From NCBI GenBank assembly GCA_022841505.1, contig JALHRK010000001.1, positions 357 to 64,356 of the forward strand: a DNA stretch of 64,000 nt, in the 5' to 3' direction. The DNA is from Saprospiraceae bacterium (GTDB lineage: Bacteria; Bacteroidota; Bacteroidia; Chitinophagales; Saprospiraceae). This document shows, in pieces, positions 26,934-35,056 of this stretch. The stretch's first letter is position 1. The number at the start of each line of letters is the position of its first letter. The notes beneath the pieces are model-generated. The model was not told the origin of the DNA, ran no database searches, and saw nothing but the letters and a program-made list of their open reading frames with translations. Position numbers and translations under genes: made by a program.

Positions 26934-27837
26934 GCTGCCTTGCATTTTGCGCCAGCATTTGCAGGGAATTCCAATATCGGTCGTAAAGTGCAGGATTGCT
27001 TTTTTTAGAAAATTCAAGAACGGGACAATTGGCACGCGAAACCCCATAGACATAATGCGAAACCATAATTTTCCCGTCGGGACTATCCCCATCAACGGTC
27101 ATGAAATAATTGGCAGGGATATGTTGGTAGGCGAATATTTCAAAAGTGCCGCGGTACCCGGCGTTGATGAATTGCTGTTGCACCTTACCGAGCTTTTCAA
27201 TGGCTTCTCTGATTTTGCCAATGCTTTTCAACTCATCGGGTAAGTGTTTGGCCCGGTCGCTGAAATACAGCTGGGTTTCTTCGCAGTCGGGATCCAGCAG
27301 GTAGCATTTAAAATTGACGCCCTTAGCCAAAAGCTCCTGCACATGGTGCTTGAACTCTTTTTCATTCCGGGAGAAAAAATAGCCTGCAAAGGTATTCAGC
27401 ACCACCCCAAACTCGATGACTTCCTGTTTTGCATCAGAAATGAAATCCACTTTTTGAGCGATGGTCAGGCGGCCGTCTTCGTAAAATGTGAATCCAGGAT
27501 GAGCCGAAGGGTGCACTGTTGTTTCGATTTTTATAGGGATTGGGGCCCAATTGGATGGTACAGCTTCACCATATTGAGTCTCTTCCCATTCCACACCGAT
27601 TTCCCTGCGGATAAGTTCCTGAATGCCTTCAGCCGCTATTTTCAGTATTTTGTTGCCCCCTTCCTTCTTTCGGACAATTTTGCTAAACGCTGATTCAGAT
27701 ACAATGAACCCAAGTACTTCCATTTTTTCAACGATCTGTAGTTGGGAATACCCTTGTTTCTCCTTGAGCAATACCACCCCAGCCTGGATGATGTCTATGC
27801 TGCGTTGTCTGATCGGGCCTCCTGGTTTATCCGCCAT
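26923..27837 (-). CDS. HTH regulator with a C-terminal DUF5919-like domain; the alternative start is 27861
   Basis: The N-terminal HTH-like segment is YSQLQIVEKMEVLGFIVSESAFSKIV. The C-terminal part (KCYLLDPDCEE...GTFEIFAYQHIPANYFMTVDG...VSHYVYG...CPVLEF...LYDRYWNSLQ) resembles the domain fused to XRE HTHs in actinobacterial DUF5919 proteins. This is from memory only. Confidence 0.5.
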   Translation of the reverse strand: MADKPGGPIRQRSIDIIQAGVVLLKEKQGYSQLQIVEKMEVLGFIVSESAFSKIVRKKEGGNKILKIAAEGIQELIRREIGVEWEETQYGEAVPSNWAPIPIKIETTVHPSAHPGFTFYEDGRLTIAQKVDFISDAKQEVIEFGVVLNTFAGYFFSRNEKEFKHHVQELLAKGVNFKCYLLDPDCEETQLYFSDRAKHLPDELKSIGKIREAIEKLGKVQQQFINAGYRGTFEIFAYQHIPANYFMTVDGDSPDGKIMVSHYVYGVSRANCPVLEFSKKSNPALYDRYWNSLQMLAQNARQLKF

Positions 27838-27901
27838 AAGTATTTGATTTTTTGAATGCATTGCTGCGTTAAGATACAAAAATTCCCTTCCCTGCTCCGG
27901 A

Positions 27902-28516
27902 TCAGACCGTTTTGGCAGCATCCAGCACCATCAGGATACCTGCATTGCCGCATTGCGGGTCGTTCAGGTAGTTTTTTACGATGCGAACCAAAACAAACCC
28001 CACCTTTTGTTGCGGGGTAATGGTGGGGTCTGTTAATTCACCATTCAACACCCGGGCGCCGTATGCATCAATGGTCAAATGGTCTTTATAGGGCAAATAC
28101 CCGTTCAGCATACCCACAGTTACCTGCCCTTTCAACCCCAGTTTACGGCATAATTCCTGCCGGGTTCGGTACAAAGCACGCGCCACGCCTTGTCCGCGAT
28201 AAGCAGGATCAACGCCCATATCCATGCCGTACAACCATACGCCCTGCGGGTCGTGGGTATTCAACCATAAGTTATCCGAAATTTCCAGGAAGGTATGGTC
28301 TGCTTCGAGTGGGTGGTTGGTGCGCATGGTGCTGCTCATCGCAATCAGACGCTCTCCGTCCGTCACCACAAATTGCCCTTCCGGAAACAGCTCGATGTGT
28401 CGCAAATAGTGTGGTGCGGCGAGCCTTTCTTCTTCAGCGAGCGTAGGGAATACCGTTCGTTGGAGCGCTTCCAATTTTATTACATCCGCCGGGATGGTGT
28501 TACGGATCAAATACAT
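27902..28516 (-). CDS. GNAT family N-acetyltransferase
   Basis: Acetyl-CoA binding motif A is present (VDPAYRGQGVARALYRTRQELCRKLG). 204 aa with a C-terminal extension. Confidence 0.8.
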   Translation of the reverse strand: MYLIRNTIPADVIKLEALQRTVFPTLAEEERLAAPHYLRHIELFPEGQFVVTDGERLIAMSSTMRTNHPLEADHTFLEISDNLWLNTHDPQGVWLYGMDMGVDPAYRGQGVARALYRTRQELCRKLGLKGQVTVGMLNGYLPYKDHLTIDAYGARVLNGELTDPTITPQQKVGFVLVRIVKNYLNDPQCGNAGILMVLDAAKTV

Positions 28517-29157
28517 TAGTTTTTATTTTTATAATAACCAACTGATAATTAAATGTTTAAAAAAAAATCAGGTGGTTAATTTCCAAATCACACCGGATTC
28601 CTGCTTTAAAATTCAAAGAGCAGGAATAATTTTTTCACCTCAAATTTATGTGTTGTTGGGATGATGTTGTTAAATTTGGGCAACGGTTGAGGTCTGTTTT
28701 GTAAATTGTTACCAAACTTTATACGGAACGGCCTGCACCAACCGTTAAGTAACGGAACCTTATACTTACTTCCCCTTTTGTAACGACGCTTTCTTCCCCC
28801 GGATATTGGGTGTCAAACTATTCCCTGTTGAGAAACTTAATATGCTTCAAAGTTACCTTTGAAAACTGTATGCCATTCAGGCATGTTAATCCTGTATGAG
28901 TTAGTGCCCAAAAACGGTTAAACCATAATCCTATGAACTTTGGTGCTCCCAAAAATGTCGTAACAATCGACGTAGTCATCGCTTTGATTGTATTTCTGGT
29001 CTGCGTTTTTCTGTCCTGCGCCATGCATTCGGACACTATCGCCGGATTCGCTACCGGTTGAGCGCTTTTCAGAGAAACAATTAAGTATACTAAAACCGAT
29101 TAGCGTTACCTGTTTTGTAATTATCGCTGTACCTTTCCTCTTTCGCTTTACCCGCGT

Positions 29158-32100
29158 ATGGAGCAAAACAGCAATCAGCAAAGACAGCAGTACAACGCAG
29201 CGTTCAAACATGCCTTAGATGCATTGAACGCTTCGCAACGCGAGGCGGTTGATCATATCGAAGGCCCGATGCTGGTCATTGCCGGCCCCGGCACTGGCAA
29301 AACGCATATCCTGGCCGCCCGCATTGGCCGTATTTTGTCGGAAACCGACGCCCAGGCCAACAATATCCTCTGCCTTACTTTCACCGACGCGGGCGTCCAT
29401 GCCATGCGCGAACGCCTGCTCCAATGGATCGGCCCGGAAGGACACCGTGTACACATCCACACCTTCCACGCCTTTTGCAACAGCATCATCCAGGATAACC
29501 TTGAGTATTTTGGCCGAAGCGACATTGAGCCACTCAGCGAACTCGAACGGGTGGAAATTATCCGCCGCATGCTTGACACGCTCGACCCCGCGCACCCGCT
29601 CTACCGCAGCGCAGACGCTTACTTTTATGAATCCCACCTCCGGGATCTTTTTCAGCGCATGAAATCGGAAAACTGGACGCCCGCGCTCCTCCACGAAAAA
29701 ATTGACACATACCTCGAAGCATTGCCACAACGCCCGGAGTTCAGGTACCAGGTCAACCGAGGGCACCTGCGCAAAGGGGATCCCAAAACGGCGCAAATAG
29801 AAGAGGCCCGCCAAAAAATGGAACGGCTCCGCGCAGCCGCAGCGCTTTACCCCCAATATGAATTGGCCTTGCGGCAAATGCGGCGCTACGATTACGACGA
29901 CATGATCCTGTGGGTTTTGCGCGCATTTGCTGAAAACGAAGCCCTCCTGCGCAGTTATCAGGAGCGCTATCTCTACCTGCTGGTGGATGAATACCAGGAT
30001 ACCAATGGCGCCCAAAATGAGGTCATCCGCCGGTTGATCGCCTACTGGGAGTCGCCCAATGTATTCATTGTTGGCGACGACGACCAGTCCATTTTTGAAT
30101 TCCAGGGAGCGCGCCTGAAAAACCTGCTGGACTTTTACGCCCAATACCGCGAACAACTGAAGGTAGTGGTGCTCCGCGACAATTATCGCTCTTCCCAACA
30201 TATTTTAGATGCTTCGCACGGTTTGATCGGCGTCAACGAACGGCGCATTGTAAATAGTTTAGACAACGTGGGTATTCAAAAGATCCTAACTGCCCGCAAC
30301 GACAACTTCTCCCGCTCGGCTTTTCTGCCGGAGGTGCTGTCTTATGCCAACCTGGCCCAGGAGGAAACCGGCGTAGTCGCCCAGATAGAAGCGCTCTGGC
30401 AGAGTGGTTTCCCCTTGCAGGAAGTGGCAGTGATTTACGCCCGGCACAAACAGGTGCGCACGATCGCTTCCCTGCTTGAAAAAAAAGGCATCCCTTACGC
30501 AACGCGACGCCGCGTGAACATTCTCGATTTGCCGCTCATCCGCAACATGAGAACCCTGCTGGAATATTGTTATCTCGAATATACCCGGCCTTATAGTGGC
30601 GAACACCTGCTTTTTCAAATCCTGCATTTCGATTTTTCGGGCATTCCTCCCAACGCACTGTCGCGGCTGAGCTGGGCCATCGCCGGGACGGGTACCGCTG
30701 AAAGGCCCTTCTGGCGCGATGCTTTGCAAACCAAAGGCCCGGAAGCGGATTGGCGCGAAGCCACTACCCGATTTTCCGCTGTTCTGGAAGACCTGATTGC
30801 ACAGGTGGCCAACCTCGGTTTGCCGGCTTTTCTGGAACGGCTGCTCAACCGCAGCGGCATACTGGGCTTAGTGATTCAGCACCCTGAAAAAGTATGGCTG
30901 ACCCAGGTGGTGAAAACATTTTTCGATTTCGTTCTCGAAGAGAGCGACCGCAATCCCCGACTCACCCTGCGCCGCCTGCTCGACATCCTGCGCAATATGG
31001 ACGACAACCGGTTAGCCATCGAAATCAACAAATCAGTCGTCGCCAAAAACGGCGTCAACCTGCTGACGGCTCACAGCGCCAAAGGGCTGGAATTTCAGAT
31101 CGTTTTTATGATTGATTGTGTCAAAGACGGTTGGGAACCCCAGAGTCGTGGCGGCAACGGCCGTTTTGCACTCCCGGATACGCTTACCTTTTCGGGCGAA
31201 GAAGACGCGCTGGAAGCCCGCCGCCGGCTGTTTTATGTAGCCATGACGCGGGCCAAAGAGCGCCTGTACCTCTCCTACAGTCGCCAGGACGCGAAAGGGA
31301 AGGATACCCGGCCCGCAGTTTTTATAGATGAGTTGGGCCTTGTCGCTTCAGAACGTACCTTGCCACCCGCCGTGCTGGCGGAAGCTGAATTGCTGCAAAT
31401 GACCGAAGTGGGGCGCCCCCAAATTCCCGCCGAAGCCGAAGCCGCCATCCATACCCTACTGGAAGGCTTTGTAGTCAGTATTTCCGCGCTGAACCGCTAC
31501 CTGCGCTGCCCGTTGAGTTTTTATTATGAAAACGTGTTACGGGCGCCCGCCCTGCAAAGCGAAGCGGCCAGCTACGGGTTGGCAGCGCACAACGCCCTGC
31601 AACGCCTGTTTGAGCGCATGTTGTCGGCAAAGGGGCAGCGGTTTCCCGGCTTGCGCGAATTCCTGCACCTTTTCGAGCGGGAAATGGAAAGAATGCGGGG
31701 CTATTTTCCACCGAAAGCATTCGATCGCCGCGTAGAAACCGGTCGCGCCTACCTGAGTGCCTACTACCATCAGCACATCGAACACTGGCACAAAAAAGTG
31801 CGCCTCGAACTTCAGGTTCGCAATGCGGTTGTGGACGGGGTACCGATCACCGGGATCATTGACAAGGTGGAAATCCACGAACACCAAAGCGTGGTGCTGG
31901 TAGACTACAAAACGGGCAGTCACCGCGACGCCAAACTGCGTCCACCCGGCGGCGCCCAGCCCTACGGCGGCAGCTACTGGCGGCAATTGGTATTTTACAA
32001 ACTACTCTACGAAAACTACGACAACAGCGGAAAACGGGCGGATACCGGTGTAATTTCTTATTTGGATCCCGACCCGACTGGCGTGTTTCCCCAGGTCTCC

Positions 32101-32286
32101 ATTGCGCTCAGCAACGAAGACGCCGCTTTCCTGCGCGCACTCCTGCGCGAAACCTACGCCCGCATCCTGAACCACGAATTTTATGAAGGTTGTGGCGAAC
32201 CCTCTTGTGCCTGGTGCAATTTTGTGCGTTTGAAAGGAACCGTGAATAGTTTTAGCGGGGAGGAGTTAGAGGAACTGGATGATTGA
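29158..32286 (+). CDS. UvrD/AddA-type SF1 helicase fused to a C-terminal PD-(D/E)XK (RecB/Cas4-like) nuclease with a four-Cys cluster
   Basis: Walker A AGPGTGKT and the motifs DEYQDTN, VGDDDQSIFEFQGA, LTAHSAKGLEF and YVAMTRAKERL are present. The C-terminus has GIIDKVE...VLVDYKTG plus the Cys residues of CPLSFYY and CGEPSCAWC. Confidence 0.9.
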   Translation: MEQNSNQQRQQYNAAFKHALDALNASQREAVDHIEGPMLVIAGPGTGKTHILAARIGRILSETDAQANNILCLTFTDAGVHAMRERLLQWIGPEGHRVHIHTFHAFCNSIIQDNLEYFGRSDIEPLSELERVEIIRRMLDTLDPAHPLYRSADAYFYESHLRDLFQRMKSENWTPALLHEKIDTYLEALPQRPEFRYQVNRGHLRKGDPKTAQIEEARQKMERLRAAAALYPQYELALRQMRRYDYDDMILWVLRAFAENEALLRSYQERYLYLLVDEYQDTNGAQNEVIRRLIAYWESPNVFIVGDDDQSIFEFQGARLKNLLDFYAQYREQLKVVVLRDNYRSSQHILDASHGLIGVNERRIVNSLDNVGIQKILTARNDNFSRSAFLPEVLSYANLAQEETGVVAQIEALWQSGFPLQEVAVIYARHKQVRTIASLLEKKGIPYATRRRVNILDLPLIRNMRTLLEYCYLEYTRPYSGEHLLFQILHFDFSGIPPNALSRLSWAIAGTGTAERPFWRDALQTKGPEADWREATTRFSAVLEDLIAQVANLGLPAFLERLLNRSGILGLVIQHPEKVWLTQVVKTFFDFVLEESDRNPRLTLRRLLDILRNMDDNRLAIEINKSVVAKNGVNLLTAHSAKGLEFQIVFMIDCVKDGWEPQSRGGNGRFALPDTLTFSGEEDALEARRRLFYVAMTRAKERLYLSYSRQDAKGKDTRPAVFIDELGLVASERTLPPAVLAEAELLQMTEVGRPQIPAEAEAAIHTLLEGFVVSISALNRYLRCPLSFYYENVLRAPALQSEAASYGLAAHNALQRLFERMLSAKGQRFPGLREFLHLFEREMERMRGYFPPKAFDRRVETGRAYLSAYYHQHIEHWHKKVRLELQVRNAVVDGVPITGIIDKVEIHEHQSVVLVDYKTGSHRDAKLRPPGGAQPYGGSYWRQLVFYKLLYENYDNSGKRADTGVISYLDPDPTGVFPQVSIALSNEDAAFLRALLRETYARILNHEFYEGCGEPSCAWCNFVRLKGTVNSFSGEELEELDD

Positions 32287-33514
32287 GATCAGTATGCTTC
32301 GCCTTACCCCTTACCTCTCTGTTAATATTATACATCAACCACACACAAACCAGCATCGTACACGCCACCACCCAACCCAAAGCCGGGTAATTTTCCAACC
32401 GCCCGCTGGTTGTTTGGTGGACGATCAGGCCGGCAATCGCGGAGGAAATCCCTCCGGAGATTTGCGAGACCGATGCATTTACGCCCATGAAGGCGCCCCG
32501 GTCCACCTGGGCAGGCACCGCTGTCAACAGCGCCGACGAAGAAATCATGCGCGCCGTAATGCCCGCGAAAAGGATGGCATTAAAAGCAATCAGCAGCCAC
32601 AATGGCGTGACGCCGAGGTTGGTATAAATCAAAACCAAAAGGATGGATAAGGCCGAACCACCTGCAAAAACGCGCATTGGGCCGACGCGGTCGGTCAACT
32701 TGCCAATCAAAGGGCCTGCAATCATTGAACAAATGCCCGTGACTAAATAAATGAGCGGTAAATCTTCTAAGCGTACCCCCAGGTTGTTGACGGCAAAAGC
32801 GCTGCCGAACGGCATAAGCATGAACCCGCCCGTTGCCAGCAGGGTTGTTGCCGCAAAGGCGCGCAGGTGGCGCTGTTTGGAAACCGTTCCTATGAGGTGC
32901 TGAAAAGCAGAATGGTCTTTCTGAATGGCCAAATGAGCGTCCACCGGTTTCATTTTCCACATAATCAACCCCAAAAGTGGAATGCACAGGCCGGCAATCA
33001 TCAAAAACGGAGCGTGCCAATCCCATAAATTGGACAAGTACAACCCGGCGGGCAAGCCCAATACCTGGCTTACCGCAAAGGCCATTTGAACAAAACCCAT
33101 GACCCGTCCCCGGGTTTGCAGTGGAAAAAGATCGGTGATGATGGCAAAAGAGATCGAGCCGATCACCCCGCCAAAAATTCCGGTGATAATGCGGGCAGCC
33201 AGCAGTAAAGGGTAGGTGGGCGCAAACCCGCATAAAAAAGTGCCGGCAATGAATCCCGCAAAAAAGAACAGCAGCAACTTTTTTCGGTCGAAACGATCGG
33301 CAAAACCCGCCGCCAGCAAACCCGAAGCGCCGGCGCTCAGGGCATAGGCAGAAACAACCAGTCCAAATTGGGAGGGGTTGATGTTTAACAGGGGCATCAT
33401 CTGCGCGCCAAGCGGCGACAACACCATGAAATCCAGGATGATCGCAAACTGCAGGAAGGCCAATGTGGCAATAAGGAAGATTTGGTATGGGGTGAAAAGC
33501 TTTTCTTTAGACAT
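32252..33514 (-). CDS. MFS transporter
   Basis: 420 aa with about 12 predicted TM segments and the MFS loop motif GFADRFDRKK. Its 3' end overlaps the helicase 3' end by 35 nt (convergent). Confidence 0.88.
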   Translation of the reverse strand: MSKEKLFTPYQIFLIATLAFLQFAIILDFMVLSPLGAQMMPLLNINPSQFGLVVSAYALSAGASGLLAAGFADRFDRKKLLLFFFAGFIAGTFLCGFAPTYPLLLAARIITGIFGGVIGSISFAIITDLFPLQTRGRVMGFVQMAFAVSQVLGLPAGLYLSNLWDWHAPFLMIAGLCIPLLGLIMWKMKPVDAHLAIQKDHSAFQHLIGTVSKQRHLRAFAATTLLATGGFMLMPFGSAFAVNNLGVRLEDLPLIYLVTGICSMIAGPLIGKLTDRVGPMRVFAGGSALSILLVLIYTNLGVTPLWLLIAFNAILFAGITARMISSSALLTAVPAQVDRGAFMGVNASVSQISGGISSAIAGLIVHQTTSGRLENYPALGWVVACTMLVCVWLMYNINREVRGKAKHTDLNHPVPLTPPR

Positions 33515-33526
33515 AAGACGAACTGA

Positions 33527-34639
33527 TTACTTTTTGTATTTCTCCGGGATTAATTCCAAAACATTCCCGTTGTATAAGTGGATATTTTTGAAATGCATTT
33601 TGCCTTCATGTGCTAGTTTGCCGATCACAATGGAGGGATGTACGCCGTATGCTACTGCGCATTCTTCTACACGGTTTACACTTAAATAGTGTAATTCACC
33701 TTTGAGTGTCTCCAGTATTTCCGGGTGCTTTAGCATTTTCGAAGCCATTCTGTTTGCTTCCTCTTCTATTGTGCTATTTTCTCCGTTGTGTAAATTATCC
33801 AAAATAAAAGGGACTTCCTCGTTCAGGTGTAGCAATACATGCGCCAACTCATGCGCCAGGGTAAACCAAAAATGGTCTATTCGTTTGTACCTACCAGTAT
33901 AGACTACAGTTGGGCTACCATTGCTAAAGAAAGCAGCACCATCTATGTCGGTTTTCTCCAAATGAGGCAATGCCAGAAATTTAACCCCAACACGACCGAG
34001 TTCATCTAAAAAATCCGAAATGCCATTTTCACTTACTGTATATACTGCAATATTTTGGTAAAGCTCCTCCAATTTTTGGCGCCGGTAATCCTCTACTTGA
34101 ATTTGTAGTGCTTCTATCTGCGCCTTGCGGTACCAGGTTATTGCGTAAGCAGCATTAAATTGGTTATATACATCTGATTTTCGAGTAAGAAAAGGAAGCA
34201 GGTTCTCATCAAAATCTTTAAAATCCAACTCCGTTTTACCCCAGAACTTCAGCGCTTGGCTTTTAAGATCTTCTAAATCCCGAGGCGGCCGCAGCCACCC
34301 CTTTTTTATCATATCACGCACAGGCATTCGTGCATAAATTTGAGCTTTAATATCCGCTATTTTTTCTTTTTCGGTGGGCACATCCTGCAACCACAATTGG
34401 TAGGCGTAATCAAGATTGAGCCAGTATTGCGCAGAAGTGTCAAAAACTTCTGCCAAAATGCGCGCCATGTCTATGCTTATACTTTTTTTGTTGTTCAGCA
34501 CTTCGCTGATATGCTTTTGTGAAAAGCCGGTAATTTCAGCAAAGTCTTCCTGATTCCATTCGCGTAGCTCGAGTTGTTCACGGATAAAATAACCGGGACC
34601 AAATTTTTTCGCGGGTCTTGATTGAGCTGTACTGATCAT
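33527..34639 (-). CDS. XRE-family HTH fused to an ImmA/IrrE (M78, COG2856) zinc metallopeptidase; putative antitoxin partner of HigB (alternative start 34651)
   Basis: An N-terminal HigA-like HTH (WNQEDFAEITGFSQKHISEVLNNKKSISIDMARILAEVF) and a C-terminal HEXXH (LAHELAHVLLH). Confidence 0.8.
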   Translation of the reverse strand: MISTAQSRPAKKFGPGYFIREQLELREWNQEDFAEITGFSQKHISEVLNNKKSISIDMARILAEVFDTSAQYWLNLDYAYQLWLQDVPTEKEKIADIKAQIYARMPVRDMIKKGWLRPPRDLEDLKSQALKFWGKTELDFKDFDENLLPFLTRKSDVYNQFNAAYAITWYRKAQIEALQIQVEDYRRQKLEELYQNIAVYTVSENGISDFLDELGRVGVKFLALPHLEKTDIDGAAFFSNGSPTVVYTGRYKRIDHFWFTLAHELAHVLLHLNEEVPFILDNLHNGENSTIEEEANRMASKMLKHPEILETLKGELHYLSVNRVEECAVAYGVHPSIVIGKLAHEGKMHFKNIHLYNGNVLELIPEKYKK

Positions 34640-34643
34640 GGAG

Positions 34644-34952
34644 TCAAGCATAGTGGTTTGAAATAGTGAGCAGGTAAAAATCACCAATTGTACAAGATTC
34701 GTTTATCCAGTTTATATTCATTTCAAGCCGGTACTTCTGATTTAGCCTCATTGAATGCCGATGCTCGGAGCCTTTTAATTTTTCGAAACGCAGGCCTTTG
34801 TCTGAAAGTAAGTCGTGTACGTCTACTGCCGCTTCAATCTTCTGGATCGTTGCAAAGAATTTGTCAATTACCTGTTCCGGCAACTTTAGCTTTCTGGATT
34901 TTCCAGAGAGATAAAGGCTTTCCAGTTCTTTGTCATCAAGGAAGACTTTCAT
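34644..34952 (-). CDS. higB: HigB/RelE-family toxin (plasmid maintenance system killer-like)
   Basis: 102 aa. The pattern ...KKLKLPEQVIDKF...L....G.RFEKLKG....HSMRLNQKYRL is typical of HigB-type killers. It lies directly upstream of the HTH partner. Confidence 0.7.
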   Translation of the reverse strand: MKVFLDDKELESLYLSGKSRKLKLPEQVIDKFFATIQKIEAAVDVHDLLSDKGLRFEKLKGSEHRHSMRLNQKYRLEMNINWINESCTIGDFYLLTISNHYA

Positions 34953-34969
34953 TTGACTTAGATGTACTG

Positions 34970-35000
34970 CAAATATATACCTTTTTGGTAAAAAATCAAA
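34970..35000 (-). promoter_or_regulatory. candidate promoter of the higB-like operon (-33 TTTG, -7 TATATTTG)
   Basis: On the minus strand, TTTG (35000-34997) and TAnnTTTG (34977-34970) are spaced by 19 nt. The -7 box ends 17 nt upstream of the ATG. Confidence 0.35.
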
Positions 35001-35056
35001 AAACTTTAATAGAGGTAGCTATATTTGATCTGGATAATTCAATTCACAGACATAGC

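Noticed and set aside
29215-30201. A long (328 aa) minus-strand ORF inside the helicase gene. Similar antisense ORFs occur at 9716-10489, 12791-13618, 45992-46654, 49177-49839, 61711-62478 and 62779-63606.
   Set aside because: These are shadow ORFs opposite strongly supported conserved genes (helicase, MacA, permease, glmS, murA, carB). Their translations are low-complexity and Arg/Gly/Ala-rich with no family resemblance.
34688-35056. A 123-codon N-terminal extension of the FAD-oxidase ORF, as given in the ORF track (34688-36349).
   Set aside because: The extension runs antisense through the higB-like gene and its promoter. The oxidase homology starts at MTKSIQNWAGN, so the start was set at the ATG at 35057.
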